From a virus: DNA of 64,000 nt. Shown here one piece after another: positions 27,191 through 37,750 of the stretch. The position numbers and the translations under genes are program-made. Location: IMG/VR virus record IMGVR_UViG_3300025699_000004, one strand, 5' to 3'. A model generated the notes under the pieces. It had not been told where the DNA came from, ran no database searches, and saw only the letters and a program-made list of their open reading frames with translations. Within the stretch, counting starts at the first letter, position 1, and each line of letters opens with the position of its first letter.

Positions 27191-27472
27191 TTATTGTTTA
27201 TTATCCTTATTGTTATTCTTAATAGGATGTTTATTGGAAGACTTGGGTTGATCGTCCCTAAGTTTGCTTTTAAGATGGGTGAAATCATAGAGAAGATGAT
27301 TCTTCTCTTTGTATCGTTTATCAGAGGGAACGATTCTCTCGAAAACCTTACCTCCAACGAGTTTCCCTGTTTGAATTGCCCATTGCTTGATGGTTTTTAA
27401 GGGAGTGTTAGGGAACTTATGCGAATAAGATGCTTGGTGAACTCCTCGTGAATCAAATACTGAATATCTCAT
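27191..27472 (-). CDS. Hypothetical protein
   Basis: TTGACA-17-TATATT promoter upstream. Confidence 0.6.
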   Translation of the reverse strand: MRYSVFDSRGVHQASYSHKFPNTPLKTIKQWAIQTGKLVGGKVFERIVPSDKRYKEKNHLLYDFTHLKSKLRDDQPKSSNKHPIKNNNKDNKQ

Positions 27473-27532
27473 AGTTTGTAATAATTGTTAATATACTTAT
27501 AATATACTTTATAATTTATGTTTTGTCAAGTT

Positions 27533-27886
27533 CTAATTTATACTTTCTTTACTCGCTCTTTCGAGTATACCTTTTAAGAATGAATCCCCTCCTTGACATA
27601 AAGCATTTGGATATAATGATCTTTGATGATCTGCCCAAGTTTGTCTTTTATCATCCCAATGTTTAATACTAGAAATTAAATCAACAACATCTTGCCATGA
27701 AAGATATGAGCCAACATCATAGTCGCTTAATGGTATGTTGCCAATATCGTCCCATAGAAGCACCTCAAAAGTGTTTGAAGACCTTGACCCTTGGCATCCA
27801 TTGCCTTGAACAATTGATATGCTTATATCGTTTACTTGATAACTTGCTTGCCAATGCAAATCGTCCATGTTGGTGATAATATTCAT
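27533..27886 (-). CDS. Hypothetical protein
   Basis: ORF track. Confidence 0.7.
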   Translation of the reverse strand: MNIITNMDDLHWQASYQVNDISISIVQGNGCQGSRSSNTFEVLLWDDIGNIPLSDYDVGSYLSWQDVVDLISSIKHWDDKRQTWADHQRSLYPNALCQGGDSFLKGILERASKESIN

Positions 27887-27887
27887 T

Positions 27888-28202
27888 TTACTTAAATTTT
27901 AATTTTTTAATTTGATAGTCGTGGAATAATGTTTTCCATTCACTTAATGATTTTGTTTGTCCTATTAGATTAGTTTTACCTTTTACTCCACATTCTACTA
28001 ATTCTGCGCGAAGTCTAAGAAATTCCATAAAATCAATTTCATTATTAATATGTTTATCTGCATTTGGATAATTAATATTAATTAAAGCTATTTCCTTCTT
28101 ACTTAAAAAAGACCTTCTCCACATTGGAGAATCCATTATAGATAGATAAGATTCTATTGTATTGCAAGAGTTAATTAAATCTGTTGTTTTTTGAGAAATC
28201 AT
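27888..28202 (-). CDS. Hypothetical protein
   Basis: ORF track. Confidence 0.65.
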   Translation of the reverse strand: MISQKTTDLINSCNTIESYLSIMDSPMWRRSFLSKKEIALININYPNADKHINNEIDFMEFLRLRAELVECGVKGKTNLIGQTKSLSEWKTLFHDYQIKKLKFK

Positions 28203-28636
28203 TTTACTTAATTAATTTAATTTTTTTAGCTTGTTGGATAATTGCCAACTTTTTAGCAAACTCTCTTTGTTGCGCGAAAATACCTTCAGTAGCTTCGTTG
28301 TAAGTTCTGAACCTTGCATTTCTAATATATGTGCCGTTCATAATATTGTTGGCGATAGTTGATCTAATAGCTTTACTCATTTCGCAATTTCCTTTTTTTA
28401 GATTAATAATTTTTCTTGATAATAACTAACAATAGCATAATTAAATTTATATGTCAATACTTATTCGTAAACTTTTTCATGTTTAATTATTGAGTCTATA
28501 TGATCTTTAAGCATATCGTGCATAAGTTCCTCATCATAAACTCTTTCACCATCATCTGTCAAGGAGAAAAGAACAGGGATTTGAATTTTGTCGTGACTTG
28601 GGTAGTCGTTATCTTGATGTATTTGAATTGTATGTC

Positions 28637-28831
28637 TCATTTGCTTTTGATTATTCTAATTATTCTTGAACAAACACCATCGTAATCACTTTCTAGTGAA
28701 TTAACAACACCTTCCCATGTATCACCTAATACATCTCTCAACCAATAAGCACTTGGTAATTCTACAACATCACCAATTTTAACATTTAAATCTGTTTCGT
28801 ATGTATAACCTTCAACTACAACTTTTTTCAT
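28637..28831 (-). CDS. Hypothetical protein
   Basis: GGAGG RBS and ATGA overlap. Confidence 0.7.
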   Translation of the reverse strand: MKKVVVEGYTYETDLNVKIGDVVELPSAYWLRDVLGDTWEGVVNSLESDYDGVCSRIIRIIKSK

Positions 28832-29013
28832 TTTGAACCTCCATTTATATTTTCATTCATTTCAAAATGGTCTACATTTGAATTAAATAATTCTTCATCT
28901 TTATCCATGATTGCACAAAGATCATCATAAACATAGGACATAAGATCGTCTAAGTCCATATCGTCAACAATTTTTTGTGCGACTACCATTACATTTTCAT
29001 CTGTATAATTCAT
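28828..29013 (-). CDS. Acidic hypothetical protein
   Basis: Coupled to neighbours. Confidence 0.7.
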   Translation of the reverse strand: MNYTDENVMVVAQKIVDDMDLDDLMSYVYDDLCAIMDKDEELFNSNVDHFEMNENINGGSK

Positions 29014-29294
29014 TATTTACTTCCCCCATTTATATTATCTAATTCGTTTTCTTTTTCTTGCCTTCTCATTGCATCGACAACTTCTTGATCTACTAAATTA
29101 TTAATTCTTTCTACATAATCAATCTTTGTATCGAAATAACAATCAATTAATTGTGCAATTTGCTCTACGCATTCATTAAATCTATAATTATATCCACCAT
29201 TTGATGGAACTTGAAAGGTAATTGATTCTGTTTCGTAATTCATGCTTTGCCCTATTGTTTGTTTGATAACTCCTTCAATTATTGAATAACTCAT
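29013..29294 (-). CDS. Hypothetical protein
   Basis: Coupled to neighbours. Confidence 0.65.
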   Translation of the reverse strand: MSYSIIEGVIKQTIGQSMNYETESITFQVPSNGGYNYRFNECVEQIAQLIDCYFDTKIDYVERINNLVDQEVVDAMRRQEKENELDNINGGSK

Positions 29295-29303
29295 ACAAAC
29301 ACA

Positions 29304-29630
29304 CTAGCATACAAGATTATGTGCGTCAACATTTTTTCTGATTTTTTCTTTAATTTCTTGAATAAAATTATAAGAATGCTTGTTTCCCCCTAAGTGCCAA
29401 CGAGTTACGAATTCGGGATCGTTTGTATCTGATTTATAATCATAAATAGTAGCGATTGATCCATTGTCGGATTCAAGAACCCATTCGCATAGAACTTTAT
29501 TGTCAGCGGATTTTCCATAAGTTGGTGATCCAAACGAATTAATTAAACTAAAATAACTTGTAGTTGTCCAATCTACATAATAAGTTCCATTTGCTTTCTC
29601 ATTTACTTCATCTGATCTTAATACTTTCAT
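29304..29630 (-). CDS. Conserved-looking phage hypothetical protein
   Basis: AAGGAG RBS; FGSP...KV..EW...TIYDYK...WHLGG. Confidence 0.75.
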   Translation of the reverse strand: MKVLRSDEVNEKANGTYYVDWTTTSYFSLINSFGSPTYGKSADNKVLCEWVLESDNGSIATIYDYKSDTNDPEFVTRWHLGGNKHSYNFIQEIKEKIRKNVDAHNLVC

Positions 29631-29701
29631 GTCGATTTTTTCTCCTTTTATAAACGTGTTTTAATAATATGTCGATACAATAAACTTTATTTTATCTTGT
29701 G

Positions 29702-29920
29702 TCAAGAGTTATTTTCATAACTATCTATTAAATCTTCTAAATCCCATTCGGTATATTCCCTAAGTAATTTAATATTCTGAAATGCTCCATCTATATAAGT
29801 TGCTCCACCCATACCATCATTACATATCTCTATGCCTTTAATGTTTGTTTTGCATTGATAACCAACACCTTTATTGGTCTTGAAGTATCTAACATTTGTT
29901 ACTTTCATTGTTGTATGCAA
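29702..29920 (-). CDS. Hypothetical protein
   Basis: TGA stop inside next -35. Confidence 0.7.
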   Translation of the reverse strand: MHTTMKVTNVRYFKTNKGVGYQCKTNIKGIEICNDGMGGATYIDGAFQNIKLLREYTEWDLEDLIDSYENNS

Positions 29921-30110
29921 TATTCGTTTAAATAAATACCTTCTTCTACTAATTCATCTTCTGTAAACTCCATTGGTTCTTCCCATTCCTCATCATGCAA
30001 GAAATAAGTGCCTGTGAAATTATCGTAGTAAAATTTTTCTTCGATAGTTCCATCTTCGTATATGTGATTTATATTCATGTTTTAAACTTTACTATATTTT
30101 TGTTTTCGCG

Positions 30111-30299
30111 TCAATCTTTTTTTAATATTTCTTTTAATTGTTCTCTTCTAGCAACTATCTTGTCTGTTAAGTTAAAAATTTGCTCATCACTTAGGACACA
30201 ATTTTCAGAACCGATTGCTTGGTCAATATCATATAAAAAACCACTAATGTCAAATTTTAATTTGTTTAAATAATCTAATTCGTTTTGTATTGAGTTCAT
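30111..30299 (-). CDS. Hypothetical protein
   Basis: Tiles operon. Confidence 0.65.
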   Translation of the reverse strand: MNSIQNELDYLNKLKFDISGFLYDIDQAIGSENCVLSDEQIFNLTDKIVARREQLKEILKKD

Positions 30300-30529
30300 T
30301 ACAATTCTAAATTTGCAGTTATTGTTACGTCTAATACTCCATGATTAACTGCACTTTCAACACCATAACCTTGGTCAGTTAATTTGTCCATGATAGAATG
30401 TCTATGTCTCCAAATATCTTTATCCCATCCACGATAGTCGCAAGTAGAAAATGATGATGACCCTGTTTTAGCTACTCTATCTATATGGTATTTAATATTT
30501 GTTTTTAATTTTTCTTTTAATTCATTCAT
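30299..30529 (-). CDS. Hypothetical protein
   Basis: Tiles operon. Confidence 0.7.
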   Translation of the reverse strand: MNELKEKLKTNIKYHIDRVAKTGSSSFSTCDYRGWDKDIWRHRHSIMDKLTDQGYGVESAVNHGVLDVTITANLEL

Positions 30530-30789
30530 TGTATGTATTCTCTTTCTTGTAGGTATTCTTTAAAATTAACTTTAAATTCTTTTAGCCAATGTGGGTCAAC
30601 TGCGCATTCCGCAAGTATCTCCCAAGGATCACCTAAATAGTTATCAATGTCAACATCAAAATAGAATTTTATTTGATCTGCTAATGACATATCTTTTATA
30701 TATTGTTCGTATGTTGGTAACTCCATGATTACATTATCATAATATTCGCACTCATCTTCATTTGTTCCATCATATATTGGTTGTTTCAT
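30526..30789 (-). CDS. Hypothetical protein
   Basis: Tiles operon. Confidence 0.7.
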   Translation of the reverse strand: MKQPIYDGTNEDECEYYDNVIMELPTYEQYIKDMSLADQIKFYFDVDIDNYLGDPWEILAECAVDPHWLKEFKVNFKEYLQEREYIQ

Positions 30790-31099
30790 GTGTATCTTGT
30801 TTTTATGGATTTTTTAATGATTTGGGATATTTTTTTAACGATAGCAGTTTTTATTTGCATAGGGATTATTTTTTTATCTAATTCAAATTAAAACTGAAAT
30901 TGCATGATATATCAAGCATTTTATTGTGTTATTGATAAAAAGTTAGTATTTATATAGTTAAACAATTATTTTGCATCTTTTATCATGCAATTTAGTTGGC
31001 GAATAGCTTGACTCAAATGAACAAATGGTTCATCCCATGCAACTCCATCGTTATCAACTATCCAATAACCACTACTTCTTTCTACTATTTCTAAATTCA

Positions 31100-31345
31100 T
31101 TATAATGCTTTTGCTTGTGTTCTACCCGCTCCATCCATTTGCATCCTAAGAATGCTTGATTGCCCCTTACGAGCAGTTGCTTGCTTGGCATACTCAAATG
31201 CACTTGGATCACTAAAAGTCTGCATGACCATAGTTGATTTATCTAAATAAATATTAAGACCCTTTTTGGGTATTGAATTTGCAATCTTTTCTGCACTTGC
31301 AATTGATTGTTTGATGCTATCTTTAAATGCTTCTGCCGTATTCAT
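31100..31345 (-). CDS. Hypothetical protein
   Basis: TTGACA-17-GAAGAT-6-ATG. Confidence 0.75.
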   Translation of the reverse strand: MNTAEAFKDSIKQSIASAEKIANSIPKKGLNIYLDKSTMVMQTFSDPSAFEYAKQATARKGQSSILRMQMDGAGRTQAKAL

Positions 31346-31416
31346 AATTATATCTTCGCATATTCCTTTCTCTTTGTCAATAAAAATTTTTAAAAACTTT
31401 TAATAATTTAATTAAA

Positions 31417-31824
31417 TTAATACCAAGACGAATAAAAGATTCTATGCTTCTTCTCAAGCATTTTTCTTGCATCTGTTACGAATTGCAAATCACTTTCTAA
31501 ATAGTAGTAACTATTTTCGGGGTAATCATTACCATCTTCGTCTGTCCAAAAGAAAGAATCACTACCCCAAAAGAAACCATTAGATTCGGGCATAGTCATT
31601 GTAAGAATGTCATCTTCAAGAGCATTAATATCTTCTTCGGTAAGTTGCAATTCAACACAATTGAAGTCACCATCTTCATTGGCATTTGGGCAACCTTTTG
31701 ATTCCCATAATTGTTGCATCCAACCTTGCAAGCGATTGTGTTTGCGCCATTCTCCAATTTGCACATCGTCATCACTATTTCTCTTGCGAGGTGGACGAGC
31801 ATAAGCATACATATCTAATCCCAT
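31417..31824 (-). CDS. Conserved-looking phage hypothetical protein
   Basis: MGLDMY...WRKHNRLQGW...GFFWG...YSSWY; AAGGAG RBS. Confidence 0.8.
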   Translation of the reverse strand: MGLDMYAYARPPRKRNSDDDVQIGEWRKHNRLQGWMQQLWESKGCPNANEDGDFNCVELQLTEEDINALEDDILTMTMPESNGFFWGSDSFFWTDEDGNDYPENSYYYLESDLQFVTDARKMLEKKHRIFYSSWY

Positions 31825-31857
31825 AATATTTTTCTCCTTATAATAATTTAATTAATA

Positions 31858-32295
31858 TTAAACGTAATCCGCTTTTGTTGGCAATGATTCAATTACTGAT
31901 TCACACTCATCTTCTTGATCTTGAAGCATTTGCATAATTTCTTCTCTATAATCTGATTCAAATCTTTTTATAAATGCTCTATCTCTTTTGTGCTTCCAAA
32001 TGAATTTTCTCTCCGATTCAAACCATGCTCCTATTTCTCTATCATAAATTTCAAAATATACATGAACTTCATCTAAAGAAAAATCATCAATGGTTGCATA
32101 GTCGGGCAAATGATGCGTTCCACTTTGACCCCAAGTACAATGTGTTCCTGCATAGTCAAATGAATCGTTTTCTATACTCCATTGAGCTTCCCCTTGCAAA
32201 CTAGCATAATACTTTCTAACAGGTACGACGCCCATGTATTTATGCTTGCTATCAAATTCAAACTCATCTAATTCAAACTCTTTTTCAATTTCCAT
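31858..32295 (-). CDS. Acidic hypothetical protein
   Basis: TTGACA-17-TAAGGT-6-ATG. Confidence 0.75.
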   Translation of the reverse strand: MEIEKEFELDEFEFDSKHKYMGVVPVRKYYASLQGEAQWSIENDSFDYAGTHCTWGQSGTHHLPDYATIDDFSLDEVHVYFEIYDREIGAWFESERKFIWKHKRDRAFIKRFESDYREEIMQMLQDQEDECESVIESLPTKADYV

Positions 32296-32326
32296 TTCGC
32301 AACCTTAATTTAATTTGTTTAACTTG

Positions 32327-32833
32327 TCAAGAACTTAATATTTCATCTAATAATTCTTGTGTAGCACGATCTGCTCTTTTTGCTCCCTCTCCTCTATATA
32401 AACTAACTCCACATTTTGGGCAAGAGTATCTAGCATTCTTTCTTAATCTATGTCTTTTATACTCTGTTCCGCAACACTTGTCAACATATTTATGATGATT
32501 TTTTGGTTTGTTTAATTTATCTTTACTGCACCTTTCGGGCTTTGCTCCTATTTCTCTGCAAACAGACTTCCATACTCTACCATGCCCACGACCTGCGCTT
32601 CCATGACGATGATAAGCTAGAGCATGAGCAATCTCATGTAAAATGGTATCCATGACTTCATCTTTGTCATTAAGCTTAACATACCATTCTGCTAGATAAA
32701 TCAATTTCCTATTGTAACTGCAAGTTCCTAGAGCAACTTTTTTATTGTGCCATCTGAATTTCCACCCATGTTCAAGTAATCCATGTTTAGATAAATTACT
32801 AATAACTAAGAATCCTGCATAATTTTTGTCCAT
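32327..32833 (-). CDS. SprT-like zinc metalloprotease
   Basis: LGTC, TILHEIAHA, GHGRVWK..C..IGA, C-terminal CPKC. Confidence 0.85.
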   Translation of the reverse strand: MDKNYAGFLVISNLSKHGLLEHGWKFRWHNKKVALGTCSYNRKLIYLAEWYVKLNDKDEVMDTILHEIAHALAYHRHGSAGRGHGRVWKSVCREIGAKPERCSKDKLNKPKNHHKYVDKCCGTEYKRHRLRKNARYSCPKCGVSLYRGEGAKRADRATQELLDEILSS

Positions 32834-32952
32834 AAAACAACCTTACCAATTTTTTTTTCGCTTGTCAACTATTTTTTAAAATTTTTTTAAATATTTCTAA
32901 ACATCGTGATTGATAAAAGAAGCACCAAGAATAAATAAAATAAAAGTTCCAT

Positions 32953-33168
32953 TTAATCTGAAAGCAAATCCACTAAAAACATTGCAATTTGATCGCTTTC
33001 GTATATTGCCCTATTATATTCTTTTTGGTCTAAGAAAAAGGCTAAACTCGCTTTCATTAAACCTATTTGATTAAATAAATCTTTATCATCAAAGGTTGAT
33101 TGGAATTCTGTTTCTAAATTCGCTAAAGCAAGTAAATTATCTGTTAGTATTTTTTTTGTTTTTTCCAT
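32953..33168 (-). CDS. Hypothetical protein
   Basis: ORF track. Confidence 0.65.
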   Translation of the reverse strand: MEKTKKILTDNLLALANLETEFQSTFDDKDLFNQIGLMKASLAFFLDQKEYNRAIYESDQIAMFLVDLLSD

Positions 33169-33169
33169 T

Positions 33170-33436
33170 TTAAGAAATCCTTCTAATTAAAGCATCGTGT
33201 ATCATTGCTCTTGTTGGTTTGTCGAGAAATCGTCCATTTTCATCTTGTGGAATTTCGGGTAAAATTTCATCTGAATTTAATTTTAAAAGATTACATATAC
33301 ATAAAACCTTTCTAAGAATTCCTATTTCTCTATATTTTAATATTGCCCACAAACAATCTACATCAACTTCTGAACATTTTTGAATTTGACTTTCTAACTT
33401 TGTGGTTGTTTTTGTATTATATTTTGTAGTTTTCAT
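33170..33436 (-). CDS. Hypothetical protein (start moved to MKTTKY)
   Basis: Removes overlap with rIIB. Confidence 0.65.
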   Translation of the reverse strand: MKTTKYNTKTTTKLESQIQKCSEVDVDCLWAILKYREIGILRKVLCICNLLKLNSDEILPEIPQDENGRFLDKPTRAMIHDALIRRIS

Positions 33437-33440
33437 TTTA

Positions 33441-34694
33441 TTAAAAAGGTGAATCGAATACAACTGAGTTACTATCCCCATTACCATCTTTTACCCAATA
33501 ATTCCAACCATCATTGCACATCTCTTTAAATCTTTCGACTATTTCAGAACATTTAATTCCACGATTCTTGCAAAATCTGCAACCCGCAATCGAAGAAACT
33601 TTAGGATAAAAGCCTGTTGAATGTTTTGCATCAACATAATTACGAAGATATTCATCTACTTCATCACCTTCAGATTGAACACCTCTCATGTTGAATTTGT
33701 CATCATCATAACCTTTGGGAAGAGTAACTTCGGGTTCATCGTCTTCATCAGACCATTCTTCTAAAGTTTGAGTATCAACTTTCTCCCAATTACTAGATTG
33801 ATTATTTAAATCCAATTCATCTTGCGCGAGATCAGATTCCTCTGCATCATCTACATAATCATCATAATCATCATAATCATAATCATCTTCGGCTTCATCG
33901 TAGATAGGCTTATTAGCCTCATAGACAGGCTTATCGTACTCTTTGCGAGTGTCAGTAATATCACCGACTACATTGTACTTTGAAACCCTTAATTTCTGAA
34001 AGTCGCAATCAGTTGGAACTGAAACTGCATCTTCGGGATCAAACTCTACAACCAACAAACGACCATCTTGTCCTGCCCAACTATTTGCATAATCGTATGA
34101 ACCGACATGAAGACCATAAGAACAATGATTATCCTTGTTGTCATCTACACAACGACGTGCAACTTCAATCGTTGCCCCAACCTCGTTGAGAATTTGATGC
34201 GAATCGTTGACCTCGCCTTGAACGACAATAGTATCAGCATTACCTGTGCTAGAATAAAAATCATCCTTAACACCTTTGTAACCCAATACTTTACCTTCGG
34301 GAGTAGTTGGCAATGATTTGTAACTCAAGAAACTATATAATTCGTTTACAGAGTTAGCAGATGGGTTGGATTGCAACCTAGTAATAAAATTTACTAGAGG
34401 GGCAGAATCTTTCATTCCTGCTCTCAACATCCCCAACAACTTGTCAACAACAACACCATGAAGACGATGATTCTTGTAGTAAACTACTTCATCACGAACT
34501 TCGATGTCACCTTCAACAAAATCTTCAACTGACTTTGCAATATCAACATACTCTCCAAGAGATTCATAATCACCTTCAAGAATTGCATTCTTTGCATTCT
34601 GAAAGTTGGGATGATCTTTACGAAGACTATAAGGCTTGCCTTCCCAAAAAATGGTTATTACATCTTCGCTATACATATATGGAACTTTATTCAT
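33441..34694 (-). CDS. rIIB: rIIB-like protein
   Basis: LPTTPEG..LGYKGV, RRCVDDNKDNHCSYGLHVG, DAVSVP.D...KLRV; follows rIIA; track start spans the promoter TTGACG-17-TATAGT. Confidence 0.85.
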   Translation of the reverse strand: MNKVPYMYSEDVITIFWEGKPYSLRKDHPNFQNAKNAILEGDYESLGEYVDIAKSVEDFVEGDIEVRDEVVYYKNHRLHGVVVDKLLGMLRAGMKDSAPLVNFITRLQSNPSANSVNELYSFLSYKSLPTTPEGKVLGYKGVKDDFYSSTGNADTIVVQGEVNDSHQILNEVGATIEVARRCVDDNKDNHCSYGLHVGSYDYANSWAGQDGRLLVVEFDPEDAVSVPTDCDFQKLRVSKYNVVGDITDTRKEYDKPVYEANKPIYDEAEDDYDYDDYDDYVDDAEESDLAQDELDLNNQSSNWEKVDTQTLEEWSDEDDEPEVTLPKGYDDDKFNMRGVQSEGDEVDEYLRNYVDAKHSTGFYPKVSSIAGCRFCKNRGIKCSEIVERFKEMCNDGWNYWVKDGNGDSNSVVFDSPF

Positions 34695-34805
34695 AATTTT
34701 TTGCTTTCTATTTTTCGTTTTCTGCTTTTTTTGATTTAATATAACTATAACAGGATTAATTGTTTTCGTCAAGTATTATTTTTATAAAATTTAGAGTTGG
34801 GGTTA

Positions 34806-37133
34806 TCACTCCCCAACTCTTTGATTATCAACTAATTGGACATATCTTTCGACTTCATCCAAGAGTACAAGTTCATTTTCCATTGCTTTTAAACTTCCCC
34901 ATGAGTTGCATGATTGAGAGATGTAAATCATAAGAGGATATTTCTCTACAAGAGATTGTACATTATTAGTAAAGGCTTTTGCGCTAGACTTTGCGATGGG
35001 AAAAGTTTTCTCTACCCATTGCTTTTCCTTTTTGTACAAGTGCATCATTGCAACTCTAATGTGATCTGTTCCACCTTCTTCAAGAGTCATCCAATCAGTT
35101 GCAACTTTATTTACCAAGTGATCTGAATCTAAATTATCTAATTTAAAACTAGAATTAGTAAACAATCTATTTAAAGTATATCCGTAATTGGATAATTTAC
35201 TTGAAACATTCTCTGATTGAAAAACAAACATTTGATGTGCAAGAGTTGCATTTTTTACATCTGCTAAAACTTTATCCTTGCAATGTTTAGTGTAGAAATC
35301 GTTGTAAGAAATCCAAAGATCATTATCTAATTTCTTTACATCTCCGACTCTAACACCAAACAACATAACATTTTTCTTTTCAGTATCGTCTTCTGCTTGT
35401 ATGCGAATCTGACCCATTTTGCGATACAAAGCATCTAATTCAATATCATAATCATCTCCCGATACATTATAATTTTTAATTGGAATGTAAACTAATTTAC
35501 CATTGACAGAACCATCAATTTCTGATACGTCATCAACATCATTGATTTGCTCTTCAAAGTTGTTCCAATAGTCTGCTAAACGACTAGCATAACCTTTATC
35601 AGTCTTTAATACGAACAAGGGAATGTTAGCGCGACTATTGCCATTTGATTGACGAATGCCTCTCTTGATTGGCTTTTGCTTTTCTACTTCTGATGTATGA
35701 ACGATATGACTAGCATCAACTTGATCGAAATGCCATTCGTCTTTAATGTACTCTTCAGCGCCTTCAGTAATTGGATTAATAAAATAGATGGTATTGAGAG
35801 TATCATCTTTGTCGAACAATGTTCTAGCGCGAAGATTATTTCCATGAGCAGATTCAATATCTTGAATTGCAAATAAAGCACCTTTGTCACAATGCACTCT
35901 GTTTACTTTGCAAGAACGAACTTTGTACCCATCTCTTGCACCACTATCGTGATCTCTGTCAGTTTGAGTAATAATCAAACTATCATTGTAATCATGCTTG
36001 CGATGAAAATAAAATGAAGTAATTTTAATTCCATTCCATTCAAATGAATTTTCAAAGATGTTTCTCATATTATACGGCATAGCATTTACAACTTTTGCAT
36101 AATTAGCTTTCGCATCAAACAAGTCAGTTGAATCTGCGAGTTTTCTCTTGGCGATTTCTTGAACACCTTTAGATGCAACAACTAAATACTTTGCAATAGT
36201 TTTCTGAGTGGATTTGTTATACTCCAATGACTCTCTACTATGATGCAATTTTACTGCACCCAATGGAACTCTAAGATAGAAATTATCTTGTTGTAAAAGA
36301 TTTCTGCAAATTTCTCTGAGTTGTTCGTCTTGAACGAAATTAGTTAAATTAATAGCATCTGTATCAACAGGATATTTTACTCTACCCATGAGAACATGGG
36401 AACGATTGCTACTATGTCTGTAACCATACTTGGAACTATCATTCTCTTTAACGAAGAACCAATCATCATTATCGCTTTCTAAGATTCTTTCTCTCTTAGC
36501 AATGAAATCATCTTCAACACCAATAAATTTTGGCATTTCTTCATCAGAAAAGAACTCAAAAAACTTCTGTACAATTTCTTTAAACTCTGATACATCTGAA
36601 TCAGATACGGCAACTTCGATAGACAAACCTGTTGGTTCGTTAGTTGGTTCTGCTTCACCAATCATTGCAATCTTGGTATCGTCATCATCATTGACGAAAA
36701 CATTGTAAGTCTTTTTTACTCCACCATGATAAGAGACACAAGTAAAGTTTTCACCATAAGACAATGGAGCAAACTTACCGATACCAAAAGCACCGATATA
36801 ATTGTTTGACTCTCTCTTGGTTGACTTGCCATACTTAGAGTAAAGACCAAATACATCTTCTTGGCTAAGACCCCCACCGAAATCACGAACTGCAAAAGTT
36901 GGATTCATGTTGGTTGGCAACTTTACTTCGATAGGACGAGAAGCATTTGCTTCTGCATTTGCATCAAGCGCATTTGCAGTAATCTCTCTAACAACTGCAA
37001 GACGAGTGTTGGAATAGTTGTTGCGAAGAAGAGACGCAACATATCTCATATCTTCCGCATCTATCGTGCAATTTACAGATTCAAAATCGTGACTCTGTAC
37101 TACTTCTTTATTTTTTTCTTGTGTGATAATCAT
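34806..37133 (-). CDS. rIIA: rIIA-like protein (N-terminal GHKL ATPase)
   Basis: VVREITANALDA, VRDFGGGL, YGKSTKR...IGAFGIGK; adjacent to rIIB. Confidence 0.9.
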   Translation of the reverse strand: MIITQEKNKEVVQSHDFESVNCTIDAEDMRYVASLLRNNYSNTRLAVVREITANALDANAEANASRPIEVKLPTNMNPTFAVRDFGGGLSQEDVFGLYSKYGKSTKRESNNYIGAFGIGKFAPLSYGENFTCVSYHGGVKKTYNVFVNDDDDTKIAMIGEAEPTNEPTGLSIEVAVSDSDVSEFKEIVQKFFEFFSDEEMPKFIGVEDDFIAKRERILESDNDDWFFVKENDSSKYGYRHSSNRSHVLMGRVKYPVDTDAINLTNFVQDEQLREICRNLLQQDNFYLRVPLGAVKLHHSRESLEYNKSTQKTIAKYLVVASKGVQEIAKRKLADSTDLFDAKANYAKVVNAMPYNMRNIFENSFEWNGIKITSFYFHRKHDYNDSLIITQTDRDHDSGARDGYKVRSCKVNRVHCDKGALFAIQDIESAHGNNLRARTLFDKDDTLNTIYFINPITEGAEEYIKDEWHFDQVDASHIVHTSEVEKQKPIKRGIRQSNGNSRANIPLFVLKTDKGYASRLADYWNNFEEQINDVDDVSEIDGSVNGKLVYIPIKNYNVSGDDYDIELDALYRKMGQIRIQAEDDTEKKNVMLFGVRVGDVKKLDNDLWISYNDFYTKHCKDKVLADVKNATLAHQMFVFQSENVSSKLSNYGYTLNRLFTNSSFKLDNLDSDHLVNKVATDWMTLEEGGTDHIRVAMMHLYKKEKQWVEKTFPIAKSSAKAFTNNVQSLVEKYPLMIYISQSCNSWGSLKAMENELVLLDEVERYVQLVDNQRVGE

Positions 37134-37217
37134 TTTTTCGCTTTCTTTTTTTTATGTGATAAGATTTAAACTATGCCAATATCCTACTATAACTAATTTT
37201 GTTTGTCAATCTTTTTT

Positions 37218-37403
37218 TTATTTTTTTATTCTCCATGATGATGAACTTAATGAAATTTTAATTTGATCGAAATGGAGATAAACATTTTCAAGTTTGTTTA
37301 ATTTACTCTTGTTCTCATTTAAATACTCTAACATTTTTAATTTAGATGTAAAGACTATAAATCTTTCGTTTCCATTTTTCTTATGAGCAATATGATATTT
37401 CAC
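37218..37403 (-). CDS. Hypothetical protein
   Basis: Tiles operon. Confidence 0.6.
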   Translation of the reverse strand: MKYHIAHKKNGNERFIVFTSKLKMLEYLNENKSKLNKLENVYLHFDQIKISLSSSSWRIKK

Positions 37404-37750
37404 AAAGCATTTCCATGCTCATCATCGCAATAAACTCTATCAGTCATTACAGGGTAATGTCCACATTCAATGTTAGTTGGAGAAAAACTTGATGCAAGCC
37501 TTTGTTGGATGTCTAGTAAAACATTATCTGCATAAACTAAATCTTGCATATCTTTCTCTTCGATATTAGCACCTTCCTCAAGATCGTCAAGTATATTTTC
37601 GCAAGAACTAATAATTCCTTTTAATGTAGTTTCTTCTAGCGAATCATCTTCTTTATTTATTTCTTTCATTTTTTTATCTATTGCATATTTAATACTACTC
37701 TCATCACTAGCACATAGTAATGAATATTTATCTATAAAGCATCGAATCAT
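37400..37750 (-). CDS. Hypothetical protein
   Basis: Tiles operon. Confidence 0.7.
   Translation of the reverse strand: MIRCFIDKYSLLCASDESSIKYAIDKKMKEINKEDDSLEETTLKGIISSCENILDDLEEGANIEEKDMQDLVYADNVLLDIQQRLASSFSPTNIECGHYPVMTDRVYCDDEHGNAL

Noticed and set aside
28828-29294. Two neighbouring proteins both ending NINGGSK as a functional motif
   Set aside because: Most simply explained by a purine-rich RBS (GGAGG/GGGGGAAG) plus start-stop overlap encoded in each 3' end.
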